Source: an uncultured bacterium (GTDB taxonomy: Bacteria; Oederibacteriota; PGYV01; CAWJRG01). Taken from it: a DNA stretch of 64,000 nucleotides. How positions within the stretch are numbered: position 1 is the stretch's first letter; the number at the start of each line of letters is the position of its first letter. Positions 45,806-56,215 of this stretch are shown here, piece by piece. The notes beneath the pieces were generated by a model. It saw only the letters and a program-made list of their open reading frames with translations. It did no database searches and was not told where the DNA came from. The stretch lies in NCBI GenBank assembly GCA_963845185.1, contig CAWJRG010000009.1, forward strand, positions 896,001 to 960,000, written 5' to 3'. Made by a program: the position numbers and the translations under genes.

Positions 45806-46960
45806 CTATTTACCAGGGGGAGCTTTATATATTCTTTTATAAATGTAGTAATTGTGTTTTACTCCGTGGCTGTCAATAGTTTCCATGGCTGTCTGTTGAA
45901 AATTTGATTTATAATATTTTTTATTATTAAATTCCTGATGAAAAGGTATTCCTACAATTATCTCACTGCCTTCTGACTTCGCATGTGCCATCAGGCGCGC
46001 CGTGACAGTTATTGTGTTGCCGTAAATATTCAGGGATTTCTGACCTGCCACCTCAACTTCACTCAGCAGGTCTTTACCGTTATTAACCGCGACTCTTATC
46101 TTCCATTCGCCGATTTTCCTCTTTCTATTTTCCGTATTAACTTTGTTCAATCGGTCGAAAAACTTCATTGCGAAAGTAAAGTTTATATCCGCTTCATCGC
46201 GGTCCCCCAAAAAACAAATATAAGCTCCATCCCCTACAAGTATCAATAGATAATCGCTGTAACTTGCAAGTAATTCGTCTAGTATTGAGTTAAACTGAGG
46301 TATCCAGTAGTCACGCTGGGTTTCAAGATAAGCCTCGGTCGAGGAACGTATATCCAGCCCCACGCAAGAATTAAAATACTCTTTGCCGGGTTGCAGTACT
46401 TTTGAAAAATTTGCCGGCAGGAAAATATTATTGGCCCGCACCCTTGCAGCTTCTTGCTCGTCGGACACAACCTGAAATTTATATTTAAACCCTTCATAAT
46501 ATTCCGAATCTTCAGGAAATATAAAACCGTTATATTTATAAAAAGCAGCCACAGCATCCGAACCTGCTTTTTGTAGCCATTTATTTACAGCAATCCTGTC
46601 GGCTTTACTGGTAGCAACAAAAAATACAGAATCGTCCTGCCTCAGCTCCTCACCAACTCCATAAGAAAGAAGCTTGTATTCGTTAGCTCTTTTTATAAAA
46701 GTGCCCCCAAAAGAGCCGGCTTTTTGTATTGCCGGCGACTGCTTGCTTTGAGTATCTGGTGGCCATCCGTCAAAAATACGCCATGCGTTTTTGTCCCATT
46801 TTATATGGCTCTGAATACGCGATAATGTATTTTTCTCATCAGTACAAAGTTTCACATCAAGACTTTCCAGGTCCCTGCCTATTAGATAAGTCTTATTTTT
46901 ATCTTTTAGTTCAATGGTCTCCTGTTTTCCGCATACACCACAGAAAAAAGAAAGTTTCAT
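45806..46960 (-). CDS. FHA domain plus class III nucleotide cyclase-like protein
   Basis: YLIGR...LSRIQSHI...WRIFD (FHA-like); GLDIRSST, VGDG, IRVAVNNG, IYGNTITVTARL (cyclase). Confidence 0.75.
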   Translation of the reverse strand: MKLSFFCGVCGKQETIELKDKNKTYLIGRDLESLDVKLCTDEKNTLSRIQSHIKWDKNAWRIFDGWPPDTQSKQSPAIQKAGSFGGTFIKRANEYKLLSYGVGEELRQDDSVFFVATSKADRIAVNKWLQKAGSDAVAAFYKYNGFIFPEDSEYYEGFKYKFQVVSDEQEAARVRANNIFLPANFSKVLQPGKEYFNSCVGLDIRSSTEAYLETQRDYWIPQFNSILDELLASYSDYLLILVGDGAYICFLGDRDEADINFTFAMKFFDRLNKVNTENRKRKIGEWKIRVAVNNGKDLLSEVEVAGQKSLNIYGNTITVTARLMAHAKSEGSEIIVGIPFHQEFNNKKYYKSNFQQTAMETIDSHGVKHNYYIYKRIYKAPPGK

Positions 46961-47102
46961 TTACTGCTAATCCTCCGTTATTATAATTTCCATCATTTGT
47001 GATAAATTATATCATAACTTGCAAAAAAATTCTATTGTAGTTTTAATTTGAAAATTATTTGTTAGTTAATTTTTACAGACTAAATTTGAATTCAAATGAA
47101 TA

Positions 47103-48092
47103 TTATTTTAAAAAATGTATAAGAAAATAGGCAATAGCCGCTATCGCAGCAGAGCAAGGTATTGTGATTATCCATGCCCATATTATGCTCCCGGCTATTC
47201 CCCATCGTACAGCACTTATTCTCTTCCTTGAGCCTACACCCATTATGGCGCCTGTTATTGTATGAGTTGTAGATACAGGGATACCCATAGACGATGAAGA
47301 AAATAAACTTATTGCCGCGCTGATCTCTGCGCAGAACCCGTCTATTGGTCTTAATTTAGTAATCTTTTGGCCCATTGTTTTCACTATTCTCCACCCGCCA
47401 AGCATGGTGCCAAAAGCAATAGCTACATAACAAGCCACTACAATCCAAAACGGTACATGAAATTTTTTTCCAAGAAGTCCTTCGCTAAATAAAAGGCTAG
47501 CTATTATTCCCATTGTTTTTTGAGCATCGTTGCCTCCATGCCCCATACTATATAAAGATGCTGAAAAAAGCTGCCCTTTTCTAAAAAAATGGTCGACTTT
47601 CATGGGTGAACTGGTGTGAAATAACCAGTAAATACTTCTGCTAAGCAACCCGCCCAAAATAAAACCTAACAAAGGAGAAATAACAATGAAAGCACTCGTT
47701 TTTAATATGCCTGAAATAATAAGTGCTTGTGGTCCTGCTTTTATAAACGCGGCACCTATCATGCCTCCAATTAACGCATGCGAGGAGCTTGTGGGTAAAC
47801 CAAAATACCATGTAATAATATCCCAGATGCATGCCCCCATAAGCGTCCCGAAAATTATATATTTATCCACTATAGCAATATTAATAATACCTTTCCCTAT
47901 GGTATTTGCCACATGAAGGCCGAAAAAAAAGAAAGCTACAAAATTAAAAAATGCTGCCCATACGACAGCAATTCGCGGAGACATTACCCTAGTCGAAACA
48001 ACAGTTGCTATTGAATTGGCAGAGTCATGAAAGCCGTTTAAGAAGTCAAATGTAAGCGCAAGTATAATAAGCAATACTATAGCTAAAGTCAT
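47103..48092 (-). CDS. pit: PiT-family inorganic phosphate transporter
   Basis: FLNGFHDSANSIAT, GLPTSSSHALIG, HGGNDAQK, PVSTTH. Confidence 0.95.
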   Translation of the reverse strand: MTLAIVLLIILALTFDFLNGFHDSANSIATVVSTRVMSPRIAVVWAAFFNFVAFFFFGLHVANTIGKGIINIAIVDKYIIFGTLMGACIWDIITWYFGLPTSSSHALIGGMIGAAFIKAGPQALIISGILKTSAFIVISPLLGFILGGLLSRSIYWLFHTSSPMKVDHFFRKGQLFSASLYSMGHGGNDAQKTMGIIASLLFSEGLLGKKFHVPFWIVVACYVAIAFGTMLGGWRIVKTMGQKITKLRPIDGFCAEISAAISLFSSSSMGIPVSTTHTITGAIMGVGSRKRISAVRWGIAGSIIWAWIITIPCSAAIAAIAYFLIHFLK

Positions 48093-48160
48093 ATTTTCTC
48101 CAATTTGATCTCAATCAATAACTGAATTTATAGATTATTCTTTTTATTGTATATAATGTA

Positions 48161-48787
48161 TTACGCTTGCTTGACAATTATTGATTCAATAACATGAGCT
48201 ACAACCTTGCAGATGTCTAGTACGGTTTCCGCATCCTGATAAATTTCCTTCCATTTAATAAATTCAATAGGGTCTTTTTCATTGTCAACAAGTTCGCTTA
48301 GTGCATCGTCCCTCATTGTATCTCCCTGGCCTTCTAGCCTATTTATATCCATACAATTTTTCAAAATATTATTTGTATTTTTAAAGTTGCGAAGGTCATG
48401 CACGGCGCATGCAATAGCACTAATGGACTCTTCTATTACATGTGAAAATTCAATTAGATTCTTGTTAATAGTTGTAATTTTATAAACTTTTAGCCGGCTG
48501 ACAATTGTATTTATCATGTCGTTGACATCGTCAAGCTTTTTAGCCAGCGTATGAATATCTTCCCTGTCAAAAGGTGTAATAAAAGTTTTGTTCAGGTTGT
48601 CAATTATGGAATAGGTTATTCTATCGCCTTCATGCTCAATATTACGCATTTTTTCGCGGGATTCTTCGTCTATTTCGCCTTTTGCCACCAGCTCCTTGAA
48701 AAGCGCACCGGCACGGACAACGCAATCTACTTCTTTGTCAAAAGAATCAAAAAAATTAAATTCTTTGGGGAAAAGTTTTTCAAACAT
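48161..48787 (-). CDS. DUF47 phosphate transport regulator
   Basis: IEHEGD, TFITPFDREDI, WKEIY; directly upstream of pit. Confidence 0.93.
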   Translation of the reverse strand: MFEKLFPKEFNFFDSFDKEVDCVVRAGALFKELVAKGEIDEESREKMRNIEHEGDRITYSIIDNLNKTFITPFDREDIHTLAKKLDDVNDMINTIVSRLKVYKITTINKNLIEFSHVIEESISAIACAVHDLRNFKNTNNILKNCMDINRLEGQGDTMRDDALSELVDNEKDPIEFIKWKEIYQDAETVLDICKVVAHVIESIIVKQA

Positions 48788-49027
48788 AGTTATCTCCTTA
48801 AGCTACTGTTATCCTTTGTATTTTAGGCTTTAGTCTTAGTTGAATCATTGGCAAACATTGAGAATTATTCGAGCATCATTTTTCAGCATATTCCCATAAT
48901 TTGCTTCAGGTTTATTGGTTATGTTTTTGCTGATTTATTTGATGCGTCAATATAGCAGAGGGTCAAAAAAATGTCAAGCTATTACGCCTAATCTTTAATA
49001 ATTCACCAAATTAGATTCAATATTACG

Positions 49028-49693
49028 TTAACTCTTAATTGCCTTTTTTACTGATGGCGCCAGCATGCCCCATGACACTAAAACAGCTAGTATTATCCAA
49101 AGCGCATCAAAACCATTTAGTGACGAAGGCATTTTTTGTATAAAAATTCTAAAAATTTTAGCAGAAAATAGATTCATGGTTCTTGACGTTCCCCGGCTAA
49201 ATTTCTGAAAAAATAAGTCCTTTACTTGAAATAAGAAAATAAAATATTTGCCTGTTAATATGCCGAAAAGGCAGCATATGCTTGCTATAATCTGCAAAAA
49301 TGTGCCCTTTTTACCTTTTGTAAATAGCAATACCCCACTTCCGCATAAAAATCCTATACACAGCATTACATAGCCATATTCCTTGTTTGTAAGCTTGGCT
49401 AGCCAGCCCCACCCGAGTCCACCTAGCAACGCGGCTATTATGCCTCCGCTTAAAGCTGGTAAATATCCGCTTGTAATGATTTTTTCTTTTTCAACAGTTT
49501 CCAACATGTGTTGTTTTACTGTTTCAACAAATTTATCAGCTTCAACAGTCTCCATACCTGACTCAACAAGTTTTTTTGAAACTATTACTTTATCAATACC
49601 CTTATTTAATTCAGCTACTACATAATTATAAATTTGCTTGACTGTTTCTTCCCGTTTTATTTTTTCTTGCGAAGTCAATGGATCTTCCGGCAT
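49028..49693 (-). CDS. Hypothetical membrane protein
   Basis: GGIIAALLGGLGWGW and three more hydrophobic helices; AGGAGG RBS. Confidence 0.75.
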   Translation of the reverse strand: MPEDPLTSQEKIKREETVKQIYNYVVAELNKGIDKVIVSKKLVESGMETVEADKFVETVKQHMLETVEKEKIITSGYLPALSGGIIAALLGGLGWGWLAKLTNKEYGYVMLCIGFLCGSGVLLFTKGKKGTFLQIIASICCLFGILTGKYFIFLFQVKDLFFQKFSRGTSRTMNLFSAKIFRIFIQKMPSSLNGFDALWIILAVLVSWGMLAPSVKKAIKS

Positions 49694-49811
49694 GTCAACC
49701 TCCTAATTTCATGGTTCGAACAGGAAAACAAAAATTCATGTTTCTTTTTACTATTATTTCATGTATCGATTCGCGAAATAAATCTTTTTACTTCAATTAC
49801 AATGCTTGTTT

Positions 49812-50519
49812 TTATTTCTTTTGTCCGTTTTCCGGTTTATTATACTCATATCTTGTATTTTCAACAAGTTCCCCTTTTGCATTGTATGCTTTGTGGCGTA
49901 TAAGAACCCCGAATTTATAACTTTCATCTAAATGAAGCTTGCCGTCCTGATAATAAATTTTATGAATACCATGAAGTTTATTCGACATAAATTCAGCCTC
50001 TTCTTTTAATGTCCCATCCGGATAAAATTTTTTCGCTTTCCCTTGCATCGCACCATACTTCATCTCAAAAACAGAAAAAAGTTTTCCATTTTTATAATAG
50101 GTATTTACAGTGCCATCCAACAACCCCTTTTTATAAGATCCTTCCTCATATATTGCGCCATTATCATAGTAAATTTTATATTTGCCTTCTTTCATGCCGG
50201 TTTTATACGAACCTTCCTCCATCATGCCAGGCCTATTGTAATAATAAAACTTGTAAGGCCCTTGTTCAATGCCGTTTTCGTAATTTATCTCGCTTAAAAT
50301 CTTGCCAGATTTATCATATTCCTTGAACGCCCCGGAAAAAGACTCGCCTTTTTTTTCCACTCTGCCATCATTAGAATATGTCCATTTTGCGATTTCTTTG
50401 TTATCACGATAAAAATATCTATAAGTTCCATTCAACCCGCTTTTGGATGTAAGTTTGGCAGCCAACGTTGAAGTTAAAAAAAGTATAAATATCAATATCA
50501 GTACTGATATTTTTTTCAT
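49812..50519 (-). CDS. MORN-variant repeat protein (YwqK-like)
   Basis: Repeated G.YK.YY.NG...EEG.Y..G; signal peptide. Confidence 0.85.
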   Translation of the reverse strand: MKKISVLILIFILFLTSTLAAKLTSKSGLNGTYRYFYRDNKEIAKWTYSNDGRVEKKGESFSGAFKEYDKSGKILSEINYENGIEQGPYKFYYYNRPGMMEEGSYKTGMKEGKYKIYYDNGAIYEEGSYKKGLLDGTVNTYYKNGKLFSVFEMKYGAMQGKAKKFYPDGTLKEEAEFMSNKLHGIHKIYYQDGKLHLDESYKFGVLIRHKAYNAKGELVENTRYEYNKPENGQKK

Positions 50520-51964
50520 CTTTCATTCTCATCTAAACTTTTTGTAGGAACTGCGCTTTGAATAATTTGAGTTTGTACCTTATATAATGAATTTGGTATT
50601 CCCCTTTTCTCTTTTGGGCGTTTAGAATCTCTATTACCGTATAAAATTATGGTTTTTACGTCGACATTTTGCTTTATAACTATTGACTGATTTCCGTTTA
50701 TCAGAATATTTCCTATCAAATTCTGATAATCTGAAGCATCATTTATTATTATCCCTCCATTTTGCACCGTATTGCGTAGGAATGTATTGCCTGGCCCGCA
50801 CGGCCCCCAGTAATCTGATATTTCAATTTTCTGCACGATATTGCCTTCAAATAAATTCATAAAAGGATAATGTCCGTGCACTGATATATCGCAAATAGTT
50901 GTACCCGGGTCGTTGTCAGCCGTGGCAAAACTTTCTTTTGAAATGTTATACCCGAATACATTTCCATTGGCGCCAAGATGCACCATCATAGAATGCCTCA
51001 GATGAAAAAATTTGTTATTTTCTACAAGGCAATTTGCAGTGTGATGTTCCATTTCTACCCCATACCCGTGCCCGCCACCGCCGTAATCATACGCATGATG
51101 AAAATAGCAATCACGCACCTCGCATTTATATGAAGTTTCAAGCGCTACGTGGCTTCTCATAACGTATTCACTTTCCACGCTTTTAACCCAGCAATAAGCT
51201 GCATTTTTAATGGTTATCATGTTCCCATCGCCTTTATCAATTCGTTTTAAATGCATGTCTTCAATACCTGCGTTTTTCACAAACTCCAAAGGCCTCAAAC
51301 GAGGATTTAATTTGCTATCGAAAGTTATATGCAGGGGTTCATCAACTATTATTGAATTGCCTTCTATTGTATTAACCCGGAATATCTGTCCAACTGCGTT
51401 TTGCGCCCATGTTTGGTTCCAGTTCGGAGACGTATACATTTTTTTAGGGTCATTGTCTTCAGTAATTTCTGCAAATTTTCCAGGAATAAATAAAGACGGG
51501 GTTTCAACCTCAATTTTAACCGAGCCTTTTTCATATCCTGATTTTGCTTTTTGCCAGTTCCCCGAATCATACAATACTAATGAAATGGCATCTACAGAAG
51601 ATGCCTCGTCTAAATTAAATATTAAATAAGTTTTATCTTTTCCGTCTCCCCGAATTACAATTGACTTTTCTATTGTAATCGGCGATTTAATGAGATAATT
51701 ACCAGCTGGTAAAAAAACTGCCTTCCCAGCTTCACACGCTGTTATTGCTTTTATTAAAGCCTTAAAATCATCGCTTTTCCCATCAGCTTTGGCGCCAAAA
51801 TCCATTATATTTATGCTATTTGGGTAATTTGTTATTCCTTCCGGGATCCCCACGTTTGTCCAATCAATTTTTTGTTCTGGTGGAATTATAGCCGCTGCTG
51901 ATTGTGCAATTAAAACCACTGTAACAATAAATATAAATAATAAAATTAGTAATAATTTTCCCAT
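50516..51964 (-). CDS. Pectin-lyase-fold parallel beta-helix carbohydrate-active protein
   Basis: INIMDFGAKADGKSDD, VFLPAGNY, IRGDG, CLVENN.F.HLRH, GNVFGYN. Confidence 0.8.
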   Translation of the reverse strand: MGKLLLILLFIFIVTVVLIAQSAAAIIPPEQKIDWTNVGIPEGITNYPNSINIMDFGAKADGKSDDFKALIKAITACEAGKAVFLPAGNYLIKSPITIEKSIVIRGDGKDKTYLIFNLDEASSVDAISLVLYDSGNWQKAKSGYEKGSVKIEVETPSLFIPGKFAEITEDNDPKKMYTSPNWNQTWAQNAVGQIFRVNTIEGNSIIVDEPLHITFDSKLNPRLRPLEFVKNAGIEDMHLKRIDKGDGNMITIKNAAYCWVKSVESEYVMRSHVALETSYKCEVRDCYFHHAYDYGGGGHGYGVEMEHHTANCLVENNKFFHLRHSMMVHLGANGNVFGYNISKESFATADNDPGTTICDISVHGHYPFMNLFEGNIVQKIEISDYWGPCGPGNTFLRNTVQNGGIIINDASDYQNLIGNILINGNQSIVIKQNVDVKTIILYGNRDSKRPKEKRGIPNSLYKVQTQIIQSAVPTKSLDENER

Positions 51965-52130
51965 TTATCCTACCTTTTATCTTCATATGATTATAATTGT
52001 TACAACAAAACTTACGTCATCGCAGATATAAATCAACATTACTGCTATTGCTTATATTTAATTATAAAAGGCTTGATTTATAATAATTCAGTAACATTTA
52101 CCATAAAATTCCATACTAAATATTATTAAA

Positions 52131-52976
52131 TCATGCCGATTGGCGTATGATAAGCTCCGGTTTAAGTATAATCAGTTTGTTTTCTTCTTTGATTTCCTTT
52201 TTTATACACTGCACAGCCAACTCATAAGCAGTTGAACCCATCTCTGCAAGAGGTTGTCGTACTGTGGTAAGCGGTGGATGGGCATATGCTGCAACATTTA
52301 TATCATCATAGCCTATAACAGCAAGATCTTCAGGTATATTTATATTATTATTTACCTTCGCTTCATCCAATATTCCCATAGCTACATTGTCTCCGGCAGC
52401 GCAAAAAATTGCATCCAAAACGATTTTATTCTTAATAAAACTCTTCATTATTTCCCTTCCTTCATTAAAATTATAATAAGCCACCTGCTTCATTCTATCA
52501 GGATCAAAATGTACTCCATAGTCCTGCAATGCTTTTTTGTATCCTATCATCCTTTCAACCACGTTGGCATTGGTTTTATCTTCCTTAAATTCTCCCACCA
52601 CAAAGCCAATTTTTTTTCTGCCCAGTTTGATAAGATGTTCAGTTGCCATGTAAGCTCCTCTAACATTGTCAACTTTTACGGTATGGGCGCCTTCCATAAA
52701 CTCCTCGACAAAAACAACAGGTATCCCTGCGTTTTTATAATCTTGTAGCAAATCTTGATCCATTGGTACGCTTATGGATATAAGGGCATCTGTGCGTTTT
52801 TCAGTCAAAATTGTCTTAAGCATATCCCTTTCTACTTCCGGATTACCTGTAGTGGGATAATAATTGATTTCGTAAGGGCTGTTAAAAAGATGTGGTTCAA
52901 TGCCCTGCAGTATTTCATGCACAAAATTATTGGAAAAAAGAAATGAAACCACAGATATTGTGTGCGTTTTTTCCAT
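52131..52976 (-). CDS. LacI-type ligand-binding domain protein lacking the HTH
   Basis: ATEHLIKLGRKKIG, AIFCAAGD, IPEDLAVIGYDDI, PPLTTVRQP, PELIIRQS; starts directly at the core domain after GGGAG. Confidence 0.85.
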   Translation of the reverse strand: MEKTHTISVVSFLFSNNFVHEILQGIEPHLFNSPYEINYYPTTGNPEVERDMLKTILTEKRTDALISISVPMDQDLLQDYKNAGIPVVFVEEFMEGAHTVKVDNVRGAYMATEHLIKLGRKKIGFVVGEFKEDKTNANVVERMIGYKKALQDYGVHFDPDRMKQVAYYNFNEGREIMKSFIKNKIVLDAIFCAAGDNVAMGILDEAKVNNNINIPEDLAVIGYDDINVAAYAHPPLTTVRQPLAEMGSTAYELAVQCIKKEIKEENKLIILKPELIIRQSA

Positions 52977-53210
52977 ATTTTATTTACTCCCTATTTTATA
53001 CACTAAAATTTATTATATAATGTTACACAATTAAATATGTAAAATCAAGAGCTATTCGTTTGAAATTTTAAAAAAAGCGTGATTTTAGTATTTTGCTATT
53101 TTTGTTAATAATTAAATATGAATATTATTACGCTCACAATAAAACGGAACTTTTTCATAAGGCAGGTTTAAATTTTGATTTTTAGTATATGCATCCGTGA
53201 ATATATAAAA

Positions 53211-53405
53211 TTAAACTTTCCTATTTTCCCCACTATAGATTAAAGCATTATCTATCCATTTTTCCAGCATTTCTTTTTTAAACCGCCATGCCTTTGAAAT
53301 TTTAATACCAGGTAGTTTTTTTTCGTGAACAAGTTTATATACAGTGACGGGTTTAACTTTTAAAAAATCAGCTACATCCTTAATTGTCATTAATTCTTCC
53401 AGCAT
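53211..53405 (-). CDS. Excisionase-like HTH_17 DNA-binding protein
   Basis: LMTIKDVADFLKV..TVYKLV..KLPGIKI..WRF. Confidence 0.88.
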   Translation of the reverse strand: MLEELMTIKDVADFLKVKPVTVYKLVHEKKLPGIKISKAWRFKKEMLEKWIDNALIYSGENRKV

Positions 53406-53425
53406 TTATACCTCAAAATATTTCT

Positions 53426-53806
53426 TTAGTTACGACTACAGCTTTCGTGTGTTTCGCTAATAAATTGTTCCAAGAATTTTTGATCTTCTTCTTTTAGCGC
53501 AATAAAACTCAATCCTATTTCATATAGCCCCGCCGAATTTTCAAGGTTACACCATTCAACCTCGCAAAAAGCCTTAATTATTCTGTTATCCGAATTTGTT
53601 ACATTTATTTCAACGCGTAAAACAATTCCTTCTTCTATTTTGTGGGGTATCAAAATACATATACCGCCTTTAGATATGTTTTTTATTTTCCCTTTCTCAT
53701 AACCAAAGTTAATTTTATCTAAATCGCTGCTGAGTATTTTATACTTGGTTTCTCCCACAATATCAATACGATTGGTTATACGTCTTTCTAAAAACTCTGT
53801 TTGCAT
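53426..53806 (-). CDS. PilZ-domain protein
   Basis: ERRITNR (RxxxR) and NISKGG ((D/N)xSxxG). Confidence 0.9.
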   Translation of the reverse strand: MQTEFLERRITNRIDIVGETKYKILSSDLDKINFGYEKGKIKNISKGGICILIPHKIEEGIVLRVEINVTNSDNRIIKAFCEVEWCNLENSAGLYEIGLSFIALKEEDQKFLEQFISETHESCSRN

Positions 53807-53926
53807 AATAAATCACCTCCACAAATTATTTCCTTCAGATATAAACAAGAAGTGTGCCAAATTTAATTTATATAATTAAAGAACTTTTAATTTTAAATAT
53901 AATAAAAATGTGCCTGAAGGAACACT

Positions 53927-55324
53927 TTATTTCCTTTTTGTCCTTATTGGTACAATTGAAGCCAATTTGTATTTTTGGATTTTTTTTGTTAGTATTTTTC
54001 GCGTTATGCCTAAAATTTGGCAAGCTTTTGTTTGATTGCCTTTTGTTTGAATTAAAGCATTTATAATTGAACTCTTTTCGATTTCATGCAGGGGGGTATT
54101 AATTGGTATAGTCATAATTTTTTCCCCTGTTACTCCGTGATAATTTGATAAATTAATTAGCTCCGAAGATATAACTTTATTGTTTGAAAGCACAACTGCT
54201 TCTTCAATGACGTTCTTAAGCTCCCTTATATTTCCAGGCCAATTATATTCCATAAGCAATTTCATAGCGTCTTCAGAAATAAATTTTTGTTCAATATTAT
54301 TTCGGAGGGTAACTTCATTAAGGAAATAATCAATAAGCAAAGGTATATCCTCTTTTCTATCGCGTAAGAGAGGGAGAGATAAGGTAATAACATTTAGTCT
54401 ATAGTAAAGATCTTCTCTAAAGTTCCCTTTCTCAACAGCTGTTTTTAAATCAATATTGGTAGCGCTTATTATCCGTACATCAATGCTTTTCAGTTTATTG
54501 CTGCCTAGTGGTTCAATCTTCCTCTCTTCAAGAACCCTTAAAAGTTTTGCCTGTACTTTGTCATTAATATTCGCAATTTCGTCAAGAAAAATTGTACCTT
54601 TATCCGCAATTTCAAATTTTCCCGGTTTATTCCCGTAAGCACCGGTAAATGCTCCCTTAACATATCCGAATAATTCTGATTCCTGCAAGCCTTCCGGTAT
54701 CGCTGCTAAATTAATTGAAATCAATTTGTTTTTTGCTCTTACCGAAAGATTATGAATGGCTTTTGCTACCATTTCTTTTCCAGTACCGCTTTCACCGGTT
54801 ATCAGCACTGTTGAATCTACTTTAGCAATATTTATTATCTTGTTGAATATATCCTTCATTTTGGAAGATTTGCCTATCATATTCTGAAATACATTCTCGC
54901 CATGTAGTTCGCCTTTTAGTAAAGCAAGATCTTGTTCCATTTTTATTTTTTCAAAGAATCTAGCAATAATCATTTTTAGCTCATCATAATTTATTGGTTT
55001 TTGAATATAATCTTCTATCCCTATTTTCATAGCTTTTACCGCTGATTCGACTGTACCATAGGCTGTCATTATTACAACTATCACATCTTTATCTATTTCC
55101 TTGAGCTTAAGGTAAAGGTCTAATCCATCAAAATCAGGCATTTTTAAATCGAGTAGAATTATATGGACTTTCTCATTTTCGACAATTTTTAACGCTTCCC
55201 CACCATTTGTTGAAGTAAATATTTTATACCCTTCTCTTTCAAGTATGGCTTTTAGCACTCTTACCGTGGTTTCGTTATCATCTATTACCAATATTTTTTT
55301 ATCCTGCACGCTTTCCGACCTCAC
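53927..55324 (-). CDS. Sigma-54-dependent response regulator (NtrC/AtoC family)
   Basis: Receiver domain, ITGESGTGKE, ESELFG..KGAFTGA, FREDLYYRLNV, WPGNIREL, C-terminal HTH. Confidence 0.95.
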   Translation of the reverse strand: MRSESVQDKKILVIDDNETTVRVLKAILEREGYKIFTSTNGGEALKIVENEKVHIILLDLKMPDFDGLDLYLKLKEIDKDVIVVIMTAYGTVESAVKAMKIGIEDYIQKPINYDELKMIIARFFEKIKMEQDLALLKGELHGENVFQNMIGKSSKMKDIFNKIINIAKVDSTVLITGESGTGKEMVAKAIHNLSVRAKNKLISINLAAIPEGLQESELFGYVKGAFTGAYGNKPGKFEIADKGTIFLDEIANINDKVQAKLLRVLEERKIEPLGSNKLKSIDVRIISATNIDLKTAVEKGNFREDLYYRLNVITLSLPLLRDRKEDIPLLIDYFLNEVTLRNNIEQKFISEDAMKLLMEYNWPGNIRELKNVIEEAVVLSNNKVISSELINLSNYHGVTGEKIMTIPINTPLHEIEKSSIINALIQTKGNQTKACQILGITRKILTKKIQKYKLASIVPIRTKRK

Positions 55325-56207
55325 TTTTTAAAGGGATTGAAACAGTAAAAGATGTGCCTTTATTTTTAGAGCTTTTTACATTAATTTTGCCGCTATGCCT
55401 TTTTACAATAGTTTTGGAAATATTTAGTCCTATGCCCATGCCGTCCTTTTTAGTCGTATAAAATGGTGTAAATATTTTTTTTAAATCTTTTTTATTGATA
55501 CCTATGCCGTTGTCTTTTACCGTAATATACACATTTATTTTGTCCGCGTCTACAATTACTTCTATTAAAGGGTTTTTTGTATTATTGACAGCGTCATGAG
55601 CGTTTGATAAAAGATTAACTATAACCTGCCTAATCTGTTCCTGATCTATCAATATTTCAGGGATGTTTGTTTTTTTCACCTTTATATTTATTTCAGTCGT
55701 AAAATTGTGTTTAGCAAGCATTATTATTCCGTTTATAAGGTTTATTATGTCGCTTTTTTGAAGTTTTAATTTCATGCCACGTGAAAAACTCATAAATTCA
55801 TTCAAGTAACTATCTAGCCTACTGATTTCCCCTATAATTATCCGCGTAAATTCCTTTATATTATTATTATCTCCGTAATTATCTTCAAGATAAAGTGTGG
55901 CGCCTTTAATAGAATTTAATGGGTTTTTTATTTCATGCGCCAGTGCAGCAACCATCGATTCAGTTACTTCATTTGCGCCTCTGTTAATATCTCCATAAAA
56001 ATCTTTTTCGCTATTTTCTGCTGAAATCGTTTTAAACAAATTATATGTGATTAATATGATTGTAAAAGAAACAAAAATAACCGGGATAATCAACCATAAT
56101 TTATAAAACAGAACCAAAAAACAAGAATATAAAAAAACAACAGCTGCGCCGGTAAGAATCCAAAGCTCTAATGATTTTTTTTGACTGTTCATGTCCAAGT
56201 AATCCAC
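55299..56207 (-). CDS. Sensor histidine kinase
   Basis: Two TM helices, LAHEIKNPL, NLLSNA, DNGIGI, FTPFYTTK, GIGL. Confidence 0.93.
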   Translation of the reverse strand: MDYLDMNSQKKSLELWILTGAAVVFLYSCFLVLFYKLWLIIPVIFVSFTIILITYNLFKTISAENSEKDFYGDINRGANEVTESMVAALAHEIKNPLNSIKGATLYLEDNYGDNNNIKEFTRIIIGEISRLDSYLNEFMSFSRGMKLKLQKSDIINLINGIIMLAKHNFTTEINIKVKKTNIPEILIDQEQIRQVIVNLLSNAHDAVNNTKNPLIEVIVDADKINVYITVKDNGIGINKKDLKKIFTPFYTTKKDGMGIGLNISKTIVKRHSGKINVKSSKNKGTSFTVSIPLKSEVGKRAG

Positions 56208-56215
56208 TTCTTTTC

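Noticed and set aside
53211..53405. Prophage or ICE excisionase marking an element
   Set aside because: No integrase, att site or phage genes adjacent; stand-alone HTH_17 regulators are common.
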